DNA of 64,000 nt, taken from contig CAZKVT010000006.1 of assembly GCA_964556365.1 (NCBI GenBank), positions 25,114 through 89,113 on the forward strand, read 5' to 3'. The notes under the pieces were generated by a model. That model ran no database searches. It worked only from the letters and a program-made list of their open reading frames with translations, and had not been told where the DNA came from. The stretch is from an uncultured bacterium. GTDB lineage: Bacteria; Hydrothermota; UBA3072. Made by a program: the position numbers and the translations under genes. Shown here piece by piece: positions 1 to 8,117 of the stretch (within the stretch, counting starts at the first letter, position 1; every line of letters begins with the position of its first letter).

Positions 1-698
1 AGATCTTCGAATTTTGCGGGAAGCCTTAAATTGTATTTAATTCCTCCCTGTTCTAACTCACCAAGAGGGAAATTTAAATTATTAGCTTGCAGAATCTGCG
101 TGACCTGCATTAGAGAAACTCCAAGCTGCTCAAGTCTTACCTGAGAAATATCTATGTTTATTTGTCTCTCATAGCCTCCTCCCCAGTAATCCGCATTGCC
201 CACTCCCGGTATCCTGGAAAGTTCCTCTAAAACCCTATCCTCTAGGACACTCTTCAAATCTATTCCTGGATTTTCGGTTGAAGCTGTAAAAGCGATAACA
301 GGAGCCATCGAACCGGATATCTTAAACAGCATAGGATCTCCCGCATCATCAGGTAACATAGCAAAACCCAAAGCATCCCTTAAATCATTGGCAGCTTCAT
401 CGAGATTAGTACTATATTCAAATTGAAGAGAAATAATAGATACATTTTCTCTCGAATCCGACTTAATTGTTTTAAGGTTTGCTACATTACCAAGCGCACC
501 TTCCAATTCCTTTGAAATTTCCTCTTCAACATCCAGGGCCGAAGCACCTCTGTACTCAGTCATAATCAACAAAGTCGGAAGAGTAATATCCGGGTACATG
601 GATACAGGAAGATTAGACCAGCCGAACACTCCTAAAAGAACCAGTACAATAAAACCAACAGCAGTTAGAACAGGTCGACTTACTGCTCCTTGTATCAT
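1..698 (-). CDS. RND efflux transporter permease subunit (AcrB/AcrD/AcrF family), N-terminal part; runs off the window edge
   Basis: Not in ORF track. My translation from ATG at 698 gives MIQGAVSRPVLTAVGFIVLVLLGVFGWSNLPVSMYPDITLPTL...YRGASALDVEEEIS, a typical RND N-terminus. ATGA overlap with the MFP stop; SD AAGGAG upstream. Confidence 0.9.
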   Translation of the reverse strand, partial: MIQGAVSRPVLTAVGFIVLVLLGVFGWSNLPVSMYPDITLPTLLIMTEYRGASALDVEEEISKELEGALGNVANLKTIKSDSRENVSIISLQFEYSTNLDEAANDLRDALGFAMLPDDAGDPMLFKISGSMAPVIAFTASTENPGIDLKSVLEDRVLEELSRIPGVGNADYWGGGYERQINIDISQVRLEQLGVSLMQVTQILQANNLNFPLGELEQGGIKYNLRLPAKFED

Positions 699-1603
699 CT
701 TATCTCCTTTATATCTATTTTCGCGCTATCTTTGACAATATTCTGTCCTACAACAATAACAGTATCGCCAGCAGAAATGCCTTCCTTTATAATCAAACTA
801 TTACCGTTGGTAAAACCAACACTGACTGGCGAAAGTAATGCTCTGCCCTCTTTAGCTTTAAAAATATATTTATCAACCAAACCTATTACTGCGTCTATCG
901 GAAGAGAAATAGCATCATTTTCACGCGCGACTTCTACCCAAACCTTGGCAAACATTCCTGGTAGAATTTCCTTTTTGTTATTTGGGACAACTCCCACAAC
1001 ATCCTGAGTCCTGGTGCTTGAATTGTAAAAAACCGAAGCTTTATCGACTTTACCTTCAAACGTTTTAGAAAGAGAAGAAATCTCAACCTTTATCGGTAAC
1101 CCTTCCTTGATATAAAACTTCTCCGGAACATCGAACTCAACTTTAATCTTATCAATTCTCGCAACCTCAGCAAGGGGAGGTTCAGGAAACATTGGATCCT
1201 GCTGACGAATAAGTTGACCTTTATCTACAGAACGCAGTGACACCACACCCGATATTGTACTCTTAACCGCAATTGGTTTCCTTACAACCCCGGGCACATC
1301 CTGCTCTACATAAGCAATAATTTGGTCTTTTTTAACCCACTGACCGTTTTCGACTGTATATTTTAGAAATCTTCCCGGTATATCGGGAAAAATTTGAGCC
1401 TGTTCAATACCCTGCACCTGGGAAGAAAAACTCATAATCTTAATAGCATCTTTAACCTTAGCAGTGGTAACAACCACTGGAACCCCACTATCTTCTTTCT
1501 CAACTTTACCGGAATCTTTATATTTTCTTATAAACCATGGTACAACTATAATACTTATAACTACGACAATAAAAATTATGAGTCCTATATTTTTCTTTTT
1601 CAC
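695..1603 (-). CDS. RND efflux periplasmic adaptor (membrane fusion protein)
   Basis: N-terminal TM anchor, lipoyl-like halves, 'LPGMFAKV' and 'LPIDAV' motifs; lies between TolC and RND genes; GTG start. Confidence 0.9.
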   Translation of the reverse strand: MKKKNIGLIIFIVVVISIIVVPWFIRKYKDSGKVEKEDSGVPVVVTTAKVKDAIKIMSFSSQVQGIEQAQIFPDIPGRFLKYTVENGQWVKKDQIIAYVEQDVPGVVRKPIAVKSTISGVVSLRSVDKGQLIRQQDPMFPEPPLAEVARIDKIKVEFDVPEKFYIKEGLPIKVEISSLSKTFEGKVDKASVFYNSSTRTQDVVGVVPNNKKEILPGMFAKVWVEVARENDAISLPIDAVIGLVDKYIFKAKEGRALLSPVSVGFTNGNSLIIKEGISAGDTVIVVGQNIVKDSAKIDIKEIR

Positions 1604-2898
1604 AATTCCTCCTTATCCATCATTGTGGCAATTTTAATTTGTTTTTGTGAAACAATTAGATTATATTGAGCATTAAGATAAGAAAATTCTGCGCTTTTGT
1701 ATCCCAATTCAATATCTTTATATTGAAGCGCGGATATATAACCGGCTCTGTACTGCTTATCTGCCATTTCATACGATTCCTTAGCCCTTTTTAACTGCTC
1801 TTCGGAAAGCTCTAATTTCTGCTTGTTTAAACGGTAAGCAAGAAGTTGATTTTTCACATCCATCTTTATACCTTCTCTAACAATCTTTTCTCTTATAACC
1901 AACTGCTCGATTGAAAGCCTGTACTTACTAATCTTATTTGTTCTCGAAAAACCCTGGAAAATCGGCAGCGAAACAGCTATTGTCGCTGCCATATCGTTGT
2001 CCCATTCATTCGCGAAACCCACTGGCTTATCATAAGAAAAACTCCCGATAAATACTATATCAGGCAAAAAAGCAAGGTATTGTAAAGATTTACCAAGCTT
2101 CGCAACTTCATTTAATTTTTCCATACTTTTAACCTCTGGTCTCCCGCTTAACGCGAGACTATTCAATGAATCTAAATTAAAAGTATCGATATCGATTTTA
2201 ATTTCTCCTGAAACATCAACAACTGTATCCAAAGGAAATCCTAACATCATGTTCAAAGCGGATTTAGCTTGATCAACTCCATTACTGACATTTAGTAATT
2301 CTGTTTTACTCCTGTTAAACTCAGTTTCCGCGGAGAGTAAATCTAGCTTAGTTATTCTACCCTGATTATACTGAATGCGCGCGGTTCTCAAGTGGTCTTC
2401 AGACCGTTCAAGCGCGCCTTCCGCTATTTTTAATGCCTCCTCTGCGGTAACAACTCCATAGAATACAGTCACCAGATCTTTTACTAAATTAATTTTATCA
2501 GTTTCATGCTGAAAAACCTGAATGTCTTTACTCCTCTCCCCAATTTCTTTGGCTACAAATCTTTTACCGAAAGTAAAGATAGGAAAACTAACCTGAAGAG
2601 AATTACTATAATTATTAGCATAACCGAGAGAAATATACTCCGTACCTCCGTCTCCGGTCGGCATCTCGAACTGGGGCACACTCAAAAGCCTTGTGTAACT
2701 CGACTGCAAACTTACTGTCGGATAAAAAGACGCCCATGATTCCCTCATCGCAATCTCAGCTTTTCTTACTTCGAGTTCCGATATCTCCATATACCTATTT
2801 TTATCCAAGGCTATCTTTTTCGCTTCTTCAAAAGTTAAAGAAAAAGAAAATAAAGAAAACATAAAGAGAAGAAAAAACCCAATCCTAAATTTTAACAT
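1600..2898 (-). CDS. TolC family outer membrane efflux protein
   Basis: Signal peptide, duplicated OEP repeats (FYPTVSL / FLPDIVF; YNQGRIT / YRAGYIS); operon context. Confidence 0.9.
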   Translation of the reverse strand: MLKFRIGFFLLFMFSLFSFSLTFEEAKKIALDKNRYMEISELEVRKAEIAMRESWASFYPTVSLQSSYTRLLSVPQFEMPTGDGGTEYISLGYANNYSNSLQVSFPIFTFGKRFVAKEIGERSKDIQVFQHETDKINLVKDLVTVFYGVVTAEEALKIAEGALERSEDHLRTARIQYNQGRITKLDLLSAETEFNRSKTELLNVSNGVDQAKSALNMMLGFPLDTVVDVSGEIKIDIDTFNLDSLNSLALSGRPEVKSMEKLNEVAKLGKSLQYLAFLPDIVFIGSFSYDKPVGFANEWDNDMAATIAVSLPIFQGFSRTNKISKYRLSIEQLVIREKIVREGIKMDVKNQLLAYRLNKQKLELSEEQLKRAKESYEMADKQYRAGYISALQYKDIELGYKSAEFSYLNAQYNLIVSQKQIKIATMMDKEEL

Positions 2899-3473
2899 TT
2901 AACCTCCTTCCTCACTCCATCCAACAGAACAGAAAGAGCAGTATTTTTTATTGTTCCAGATTCAGATTCTTCAACAGCCATAATCAAGGAAACAATTATT
3001 TCATAAACATCATGCAAATTTAAGCTACTATCAGGCAAATATCTCTTAATAACACTTACCGCCTCATCCTCAAGAGAATCAATCATTTCGGCAATTGATT
3101 CATTAATTTTTTTTAAACATTCAATAGGAATGTTTGCCCCCCTCATACCTTTCTGAACTTTACCAAACCTACTGAAGAATTCATCCCCACGTATAAATTC
3201 CTCAAAATAATTTAAAATCTCTGAAATAATAACTTCAAAACTCTTACCTGAACAAATTACTTTCCTGACCTGTTCAAAAATCTCCCTATGAGCTTTTACG
3301 AAAATTTCAACAAAAAGGTCAGCCTTAGATTTAAAATACAGATATAACGTACCCTTTGCGACACCACAAGCTTCCGCAACTTCATCTACAGTAACAGAAT
3401 GATACCCCTTCTCGGCAAAGAGCTTTTTCGCTTCTTCCATTATTCGATTCTTTCTAACTGACTGGTCAGTCAT
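2892..3473 (-). CDS. TetR/AcrR family transcriptional regulator
   Basis: HTH 'LFAEKGYHSVTVDEVAEACGVAKGTLYLYFKSK'. Start moved to ATG 3473 because a promoter lies inside the longer ORF-track extension. Confidence 0.9.
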   Translation of the reverse strand: MTDQSVRKNRIMEEAKKLFAEKGYHSVTVDEVAEACGVAKGTLYLYFKSKADLFVEIFVKAHREIFEQVRKVICSGKSFEVIISEILNYFEEFIRGDEFFSRFGKVQKGMRGANIPIECLKKINESIAEMIDSLEDEAVSVIKRYLPDSSLNLHDVYEIIVSLIMAVEESESGTIKNTALSVLLDGVRKEVKC

Positions 3474-3483
3474 AACGTTGGTT

Positions 3484-3511
3484 AATATATTCGGGTTATA
3501 TTGTTTGTCAA
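3484..3511 (-). promoter_or_regulatory. sigma70-type promoter TTGACA-16-TATATT for the tetR-tolC-RND operon
   Basis: Hexamers read directly from the minus strand. Confidence 0.6.
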
Positions 3512-3571
3512 GGGGTAAAGTAAAAATTAGCGATAAAGCCATAAATTTTCAACCTTTTTTTATTATATTTT

Positions 3572-4150
3572 TCATGTTTCAAAATTCCACCATAGAAAAT
3601 TGCTTGAAAAAGTACCATTTCTAAGTTCCGAATTGCCTATTATTTCTTTTGCCTGCGCATAAGTCAAAGCATTATTTATCTCTTTTTCAAAAACACCTAA
3701 CCAGGATTTTCTTAGATCTTTTATAAAAAGATGCCCTTCGGGTTTTAAAATCCTTTCGATTTCGTTCAACATAGAAACTGGATCGTCCACCCAATGAACC
3801 ATGCTTACATTAAAAACCACATCAAACGAATCGTTTTCAAAAGACATTTTTTCAACATTTTCTTTCTTAAATTTCAACCGGTTTCCAGTAAACTCTCCAG
3901 AGATATTACTCTCAGCGTAATCCAATAAAAGAATAGATAAATCCACACCTACCACCTCACAATTTGAAAATTCTTTAGCTAGAACCAAACACATCGCGCC
4001 AAAACCACAACCGACATCTAAAATCTTACCTTCAGAAAAACCCAGCCGCTTTAATTTTTGAGCATACAAATATCCTAATTTTTCTAAAATCTTTTTATGT
4101 TTTTTAATATAAAGCTCCGCGAAACTCTTATCGTTAAAATCTTTTTTCAT
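3572..4150 (-). CDS. Class I SAM-dependent methyltransferase
   Basis: Motif I 'ILDVGCGFG', 'VVGVDLS', 'FENDSFDVV', 'ILKPEGHL'. Confidence 0.85.
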   Translation of the reverse strand: MKKDFNDKSFAELYIKKHKKILEKLGYLYAQKLKRLGFSEGKILDVGCGFGAMCLVLAKEFSNCEVVGVDLSILLLDYAESNISGEFTGNRLKFKKENVEKMSFENDSFDVVFNVSMVHWVDDPVSMLNEIERILKPEGHLFIKDLRKSWLGVFEKEINNALTYAQAKEIIGNSELRNGTFSSNFLWWNFET

Positions 4151-4335
4151 CCTTTTTTTTACCTCAGCTCAAAATGCCACAATTAACCAGTTTTATACCG
4201 CCGAAAAAATAACTTAAACATCTACAAATACAATCATTATTCCGCCTAACGGCTGAATTTCTTCGATAAACGGAAAAATCAAATCTATAATTACAATCTC
4301 TTTTAAACATAATTATAATCTCACCCTCTAAAAGC

Positions 4336-4770
4336 CTATAACTTCTTTTGACAATCTTTACAATAGCCCTTGATGCCAAATCTAAACCCTGCAGGTTTAA
4401 AACCGTATTTTTTGCACGCCTTTCTCTTAATATCTTCCAACTTTTCATTTTCGAATTCTATTATTTTACCGCATCCCATACAAATTATATGACCATGTGA
4501 CCGATGCCCATAAATGTGCTCATAGCATACTCTCTCCCCACACCTCATCGCCTCCTGAACGAGACCACTTTCTACAAGTAAAGGCAAAGTACGATAAATT
4601 GTAGCCCGCGAAATATTCTCTCCCTTATCATGAAAAACCTGAAAAAGAGCCTCAGCGTCAAAATGGTCATGTCTCGAAAAAATTTCCTTCAGAATCTGTT
4701 CTCTTTCCGAGGTGAGTTTTAACCCCCTTTCAACCAAATATTTTTTAAATATTTCTTTTTCTTTTTTCAT
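4336..4770 (-). CDS. fur: Fur family transcriptional regulator
   Basis: 'LKLTSEREQIL', 'HDHFDAE', 'ISRATIYRTL', 'HGHIICMGCG', C-terminal CKDC. Confidence 0.9.
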   Translation of the reverse strand: MKKEKEIFKKYLVERGLKLTSEREQILKEIFSRHDHFDAEALFQVFHDKGENISRATIYRTLPLLVESGLVQEAMRCGERVCYEHIYGHRSHGHIICMGCGKIIEFENEKLEDIKRKACKKYGFKPAGFRFGIKGYCKDCQKKL

Positions 4771-4791
4771 AATTGAGAATGAATCTCAATT
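4771..4791. promoter_or_regulatory. Fur-box-like palindrome AATTGAGAATGAATCTCAATT directly upstream of the fur start codon
   Basis: Near-perfect inverted repeat resembling the 7-1-7 TGA(T/G)AAT-N-ATT(A/C)TCA box; overlaps the predicted TSS of TTGACA(4817-4822)-16-TACAAT(4795-4800). Confidence 0.7.
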
Positions 4792-4939
4792 TCAATTGTA
4801 TATAAAAACCGGAATTTGTCAAGGGGTGACTTTTCTCAAAAAAAATATTATAATGCAAGGGCACTAAGAACACAAAGAAAAAAATACTAAAAAGCTTATT
4901 CCCAAACAGAATCACCATACTTCTAATATTGCAAAAAGC

Positions 4940-4968
4940 TTGACAACAATAATAAAATATAATATAAT
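4940..4968 (+). promoter_or_regulatory. Consensus sigma70 promoter TTGACA-17-TATAAT
   Basis: Perfect hexamers; SD AAGGAG precedes ATG 5001. Confidence 0.75.
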
Positions 4969-5000
4969 TATCTTATTAATCCGGATAATAAGGAGAAAAA

Positions 5001-7391
5001 ATGAAAAATATCATAGCTATTTGTTTTTTGACTTTGCTAACGAGCATTAGTCTTTTCTCAGCAGGGGACTCAGAAATAATTGAAAAGAAATATGGACTTA
5101 ATCGTTCACCCATTCTTCTCGAGAAAGAAATAGATCAATTAAATTTGAATAACTTCAAAGCTTCTAATTCAATTAGAGGAACAACCTGGAAATCCTATCC
5201 CCTATACGGCGGTGAGATGACGTCCATCGCAATCGACCCGAACAATCCCGAGATAGTATATGTCGGTACGCGTGACGCGGGAGTATATAAAACCAGAGAT
5301 GGAGGCACGTCCTGGAACCCTTCTCGCATTGGGCTTACTTTTTATCCGATAAGGAGCCTTGCGGTCAATCCTCAGAATTCCGGCATCATATATGCCGCCA
5401 CAGACTACGATGGCATCTGGAAATCGACTGATAGCGGCGCTACGTGGCTTAAATCGAGCAATGGACTTGATGAGAGTCTGATAATATTTAATTTAATTAT
5501 TGATCCGCAAAATACAAATACACTTTACGCGGGCCTGGCAGGTGGAATCGGCTTCGTAATCGGGAATATCTACAAATCAATAGATGGAGGAGTAATCTGG
5601 GAAGTAAGTGATAGTGGACTGACACCACAATCTGCAACCCGTAAGAATGCGATTTTCTCTTTAGCCGTTGACTCGGATAACTCAGCAGTAATTTATGCCG
5701 GAACAAATTTTGACGGTGTTTTTGTGTCAACCGATAGCGGGAAAATCTGGAACGGAATTAGTGACAGCCTACCATTTATGGGTGAAATCACCGATCCATA
5801 CTACGCAACTATCAATGCTTTAGCTGTTGACCTACATCATGGCGGCAGAGCTTCCGCTATAATTGAAGGACATTACTATATCTTTAATGGTTCTTACTGG
5901 CAATTAAAATGTAGCGATTTTATCAATGAATCAATCGATTGCGCACATCTTTATTTTTATCCTACAGATACATCTATAATATACAGTTCAGGAGATTGCT
6001 TTGCAAAAAGCATAGACGGCGGAGATAACTGGAATGACTATTTAGGTTGGAACTCATGCAGCCAAGTTCCTGATATTGCTTTCAATTCTTTAACTCCCGC
6101 CACAATCTATGCCGCAACTAATATTTTGTTCAATTTCGACGGAGGTGTATTCAAATCCACAGACCAGGGAGAAAACTGGAATGAGTGCTCAGATGGTATT
6201 ACGGCAACAGTAATAAGCAGTGTTGCGATAGACCCTCAAAATATTAATAGAATCTACGCCGGAGAGGGAAACGGGCACTTCTACAGGTCAGAGGACGGGG
6301 GTATGAATTGGTATCACGAATATTTTGATGCTGATGAGTTTACCGGCATCAAAGTGGATCCCGCAAATTCGGCTAATATCTATTTAGCGTCTTTTACAGG
6401 TTTATATAAATCCTCAGACTTCGGAGACAATTTCGATATAATAAGTGAGGTCGGGCATCCGCAATGTATTGCAATAAATCCTTTTTCAACAAATACAATA
6501 TACGTAGGAAGTTCTCTCAACGGAATATACAAAACTACAAATGGCGGAACAACATGGGAACAGAAAAACGAAGGGCTTCCCGAATTTATCGGCGGAATAA
6601 TTAAGTCTATTTTATCAATCGCCATTAACCCTAACGATACTTCCACCGTCTGGGCGGGAACTCAATACAATGGAGGTATATTCAAATCAACAAACAACGG
6701 GGATGATTGGGTTAGTAAAGGTTTAACTGGTGAAGACATGGTCGATTGTATAGCTATTAATCCCAATAACAGCAACGAAATTCTAGTCGGAAGCGAAGGT
6801 TACTCCGGCGGGAATATCTACAAATCTACAGACGGGGGAGAAAACTGGGTTAAAAAAGATTCCGAGATTGCCTGCGTTTTTGACATTAAATATGATCCCA
6901 GAGACCCTCAGTTCGTCTATGCCGCTACAGAGGGCTACGGAGTATTACGTTCTACAGATGGCGGCGAAACATGGCATGACTACAGCGATGGGATTTTTTA
7001 CCCTCTTGTTTATTCACTGGATATCGCCCTAGGCGATAGTGTTTTGCTTGTTGCGGGAACCTATGGCTCAGGGGTTTATTATATCCATCCTGAACTTTCA
7101 GGAATTACCGAACAGAAGAAAGAAGATGAGTTCTCATTTTTACAGAAATCCTCTTTTGAACTCTCCGGTACGTCAACTCTTATTCACTTCAATCTACCAA
7201 AAGCCGGTATGGTATCTTTGAATTTGTATGATATCATGGGAAGACAAGTGGCAGAGATATTAAATGGACAAAGACCCTCAGGAAGAAATGAGGTAACATG
7301 GAACACCGAAAAAATACCTGCCGGTATATATTTCTATAATTTAGAATTAGATGGGATAAACGAAAGCAGTAAAGTTACTTTTATAAAATAG
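5001..7391 (+). CDS. Secreted BNR/Asp-box beta-propeller protein (VPS10/GH74-like fold) with T9SS type A C-terminal sorting domain
   Basis: Signal peptide; about 12 S/T-x-D-x-G-x-x-W Asp-boxes; C-terminus 'VSLNLYDIMGRQV...IPAGIYFYNL...SKVTFIK'. Confidence 0.8.
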   Translation: MKNIIAICFLTLLTSISLFSAGDSEIIEKKYGLNRSPILLEKEIDQLNLNNFKASNSIRGTTWKSYPLYGGEMTSIAIDPNNPEIVYVGTRDAGVYKTRDGGTSWNPSRIGLTFYPIRSLAVNPQNSGIIYAATDYDGIWKSTDSGATWLKSSNGLDESLIIFNLIIDPQNTNTLYAGLAGGIGFVIGNIYKSIDGGVIWEVSDSGLTPQSATRKNAIFSLAVDSDNSAVIYAGTNFDGVFVSTDSGKIWNGISDSLPFMGEITDPYYATINALAVDLHHGGRASAIIEGHYYIFNGSYWQLKCSDFINESIDCAHLYFYPTDTSIIYSSGDCFAKSIDGGDNWNDYLGWNSCSQVPDIAFNSLTPATIYAATNILFNFDGGVFKSTDQGENWNECSDGITATVISSVAIDPQNINRIYAGEGNGHFYRSEDGGMNWYHEYFDADEFTGIKVDPANSANIYLASFTGLYKSSDFGDNFDIISEVGHPQCIAINPFSTNTIYVGSSLNGIYKTTNGGTTWEQKNEGLPEFIGGIIKSILSIAINPNDTSTVWAGTQYNGGIFKSTNNGDDWVSKGLTGEDMVDCIAINPNNSNEILVGSEGYSGGNIYKSTDGGENWVKKDSEIACVFDIKYDPRDPQFVYAATEGYGVLRSTDGGETWHDYSDGIFYPLVYSLDIALGDSVLLVAGTYGSGVYYIHPELSGITEQKKEDEFSFLQKSSFELSGTSTLIHFNLPKAGMVSLNLYDIMGRQVAEILNGQRPSGRNEVTWNTEKIPAGIYFYNLELDGINESSKVTFIK

Positions 7392-7398
7392 ACCCTTT

Positions 7399-7602
7399 TA
7401 GGATTAGTAGCAAAGAAGTAAAATGAGCAGGGATTAAGGATTAGTATTATAGCTATGAAGAACAGCAAGGATTAAGAAGAAACACTTACCGCTTTATCCC
7501 TAATCCTTGAACGACTAACTTGCCCTACTTCTAATCCTACTATTATCTCTGTGACTCTGTGTGAGAAATTTGTTTTGTTAATCTTGTGTAATCTCGTGGT
7601 TT
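7399..7602. repeat. Intergenic mosaic of short repeats with nested inverted arms (GGATTAG/CTAATCC family plus CTCTGTG family)
   Basis: taggattag 7399-7407 / ctaatccta 7531-7539; aaggattag 7436-7444 / ctaatcctt 7500-7508; ctctgtgactctgtgtgag 7547-7565. Confidence 0.6.
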
Positions 7603-7617
7603 CTATATATTTAATTC

Positions 7618-7872
7618 ATGTCCAAATTAAAAATAAAAGTAAAACCATCATCGAATAAAAACAAAATCTTAAAAATGGGAAACGGCACTTTTAAAATCTG
7701 GATAAAGAGCGCGCCCGAAAAGGGTAAAGCCAATAAAGAACTACAAAAATACTTGAAGAAAATTACAGGAATTAAGGTTAAAATAGTTTCGGGACTTACC
7801 TCGGAAAACAAAACAATCGAATTTGATATCGAAAAAAAGAAATTTATCAAAAAACTGGAAAAACAACTATAA
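7618..7872 (+). CDS. DUF167 (YggU/UPF0235) family protein
   Basis: 'IKVKPSSNK', 'APEKGKANKEL', 'IVSGLTSENKTI'. Confidence 0.85.
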   Translation: MSKLKIKVKPSSNKNKILKMGNGTFKIWIKSAPEKGKANKELQKYLKKITGIKVKIVSGLTSENKTIEFDIEKKKFIKKLEKQL

Positions 7873-7884
7873 ACTAAAAAGTTG

Positions 7885-7990
7885 AACCACAGAGAACACA
7901 GAAATTTTTAATGTTGTTTTTACCAAATCCCAACCCCCAAATCCAAAATCCCAAAATATGGACGCGGATAAACGCAGATTTCAAGGATTT
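7885..7990. repeat. Intergenic repeat mosaic containing a 34-nt element also present at 52548-52581
   Basis: ccaaatcccaacccccaaatccaaaatcccaaaa (7923-7956) vs ccaaatcccaacccctaaatccaaaatcctaaaa, 2 mismatches; flanked by ccacagagaacacaga and acgcggataaacgcagat units. Confidence 0.65.
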
Positions 7991-8117
7991 TATTTTTGTT
8001 TTTTTAACTCAAAACGCTGCACTCTAAACACAAAACCTCGCCAAAAACCTTGACAAGCTTAAAGTTTTCGTTAATTTTTAACATATAATTTAAACATAAA
8101 AAATCAGGGAAATATTT

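Noticed and set aside
4244-4250. Integron attC core (GTTAGGC on the minus strand) ahead of the methyltransferase
   Set aside because: Only the 7-nt core and a few suggestive bases are present; no matching inverse core or L boxes, and no attC after the gene.
4164-4448. 94-aa minus-strand ORF overlapping the end of fur
   Set aside because: Out of frame with fur over 110 nt, TTG start, no recognisable domain.
7923-7956. CRISPR array suggested by the 34-nt repeat
   Set aside because: Only two copies, 44 kb apart; no repeat-spacer periodicity and no cas genes.
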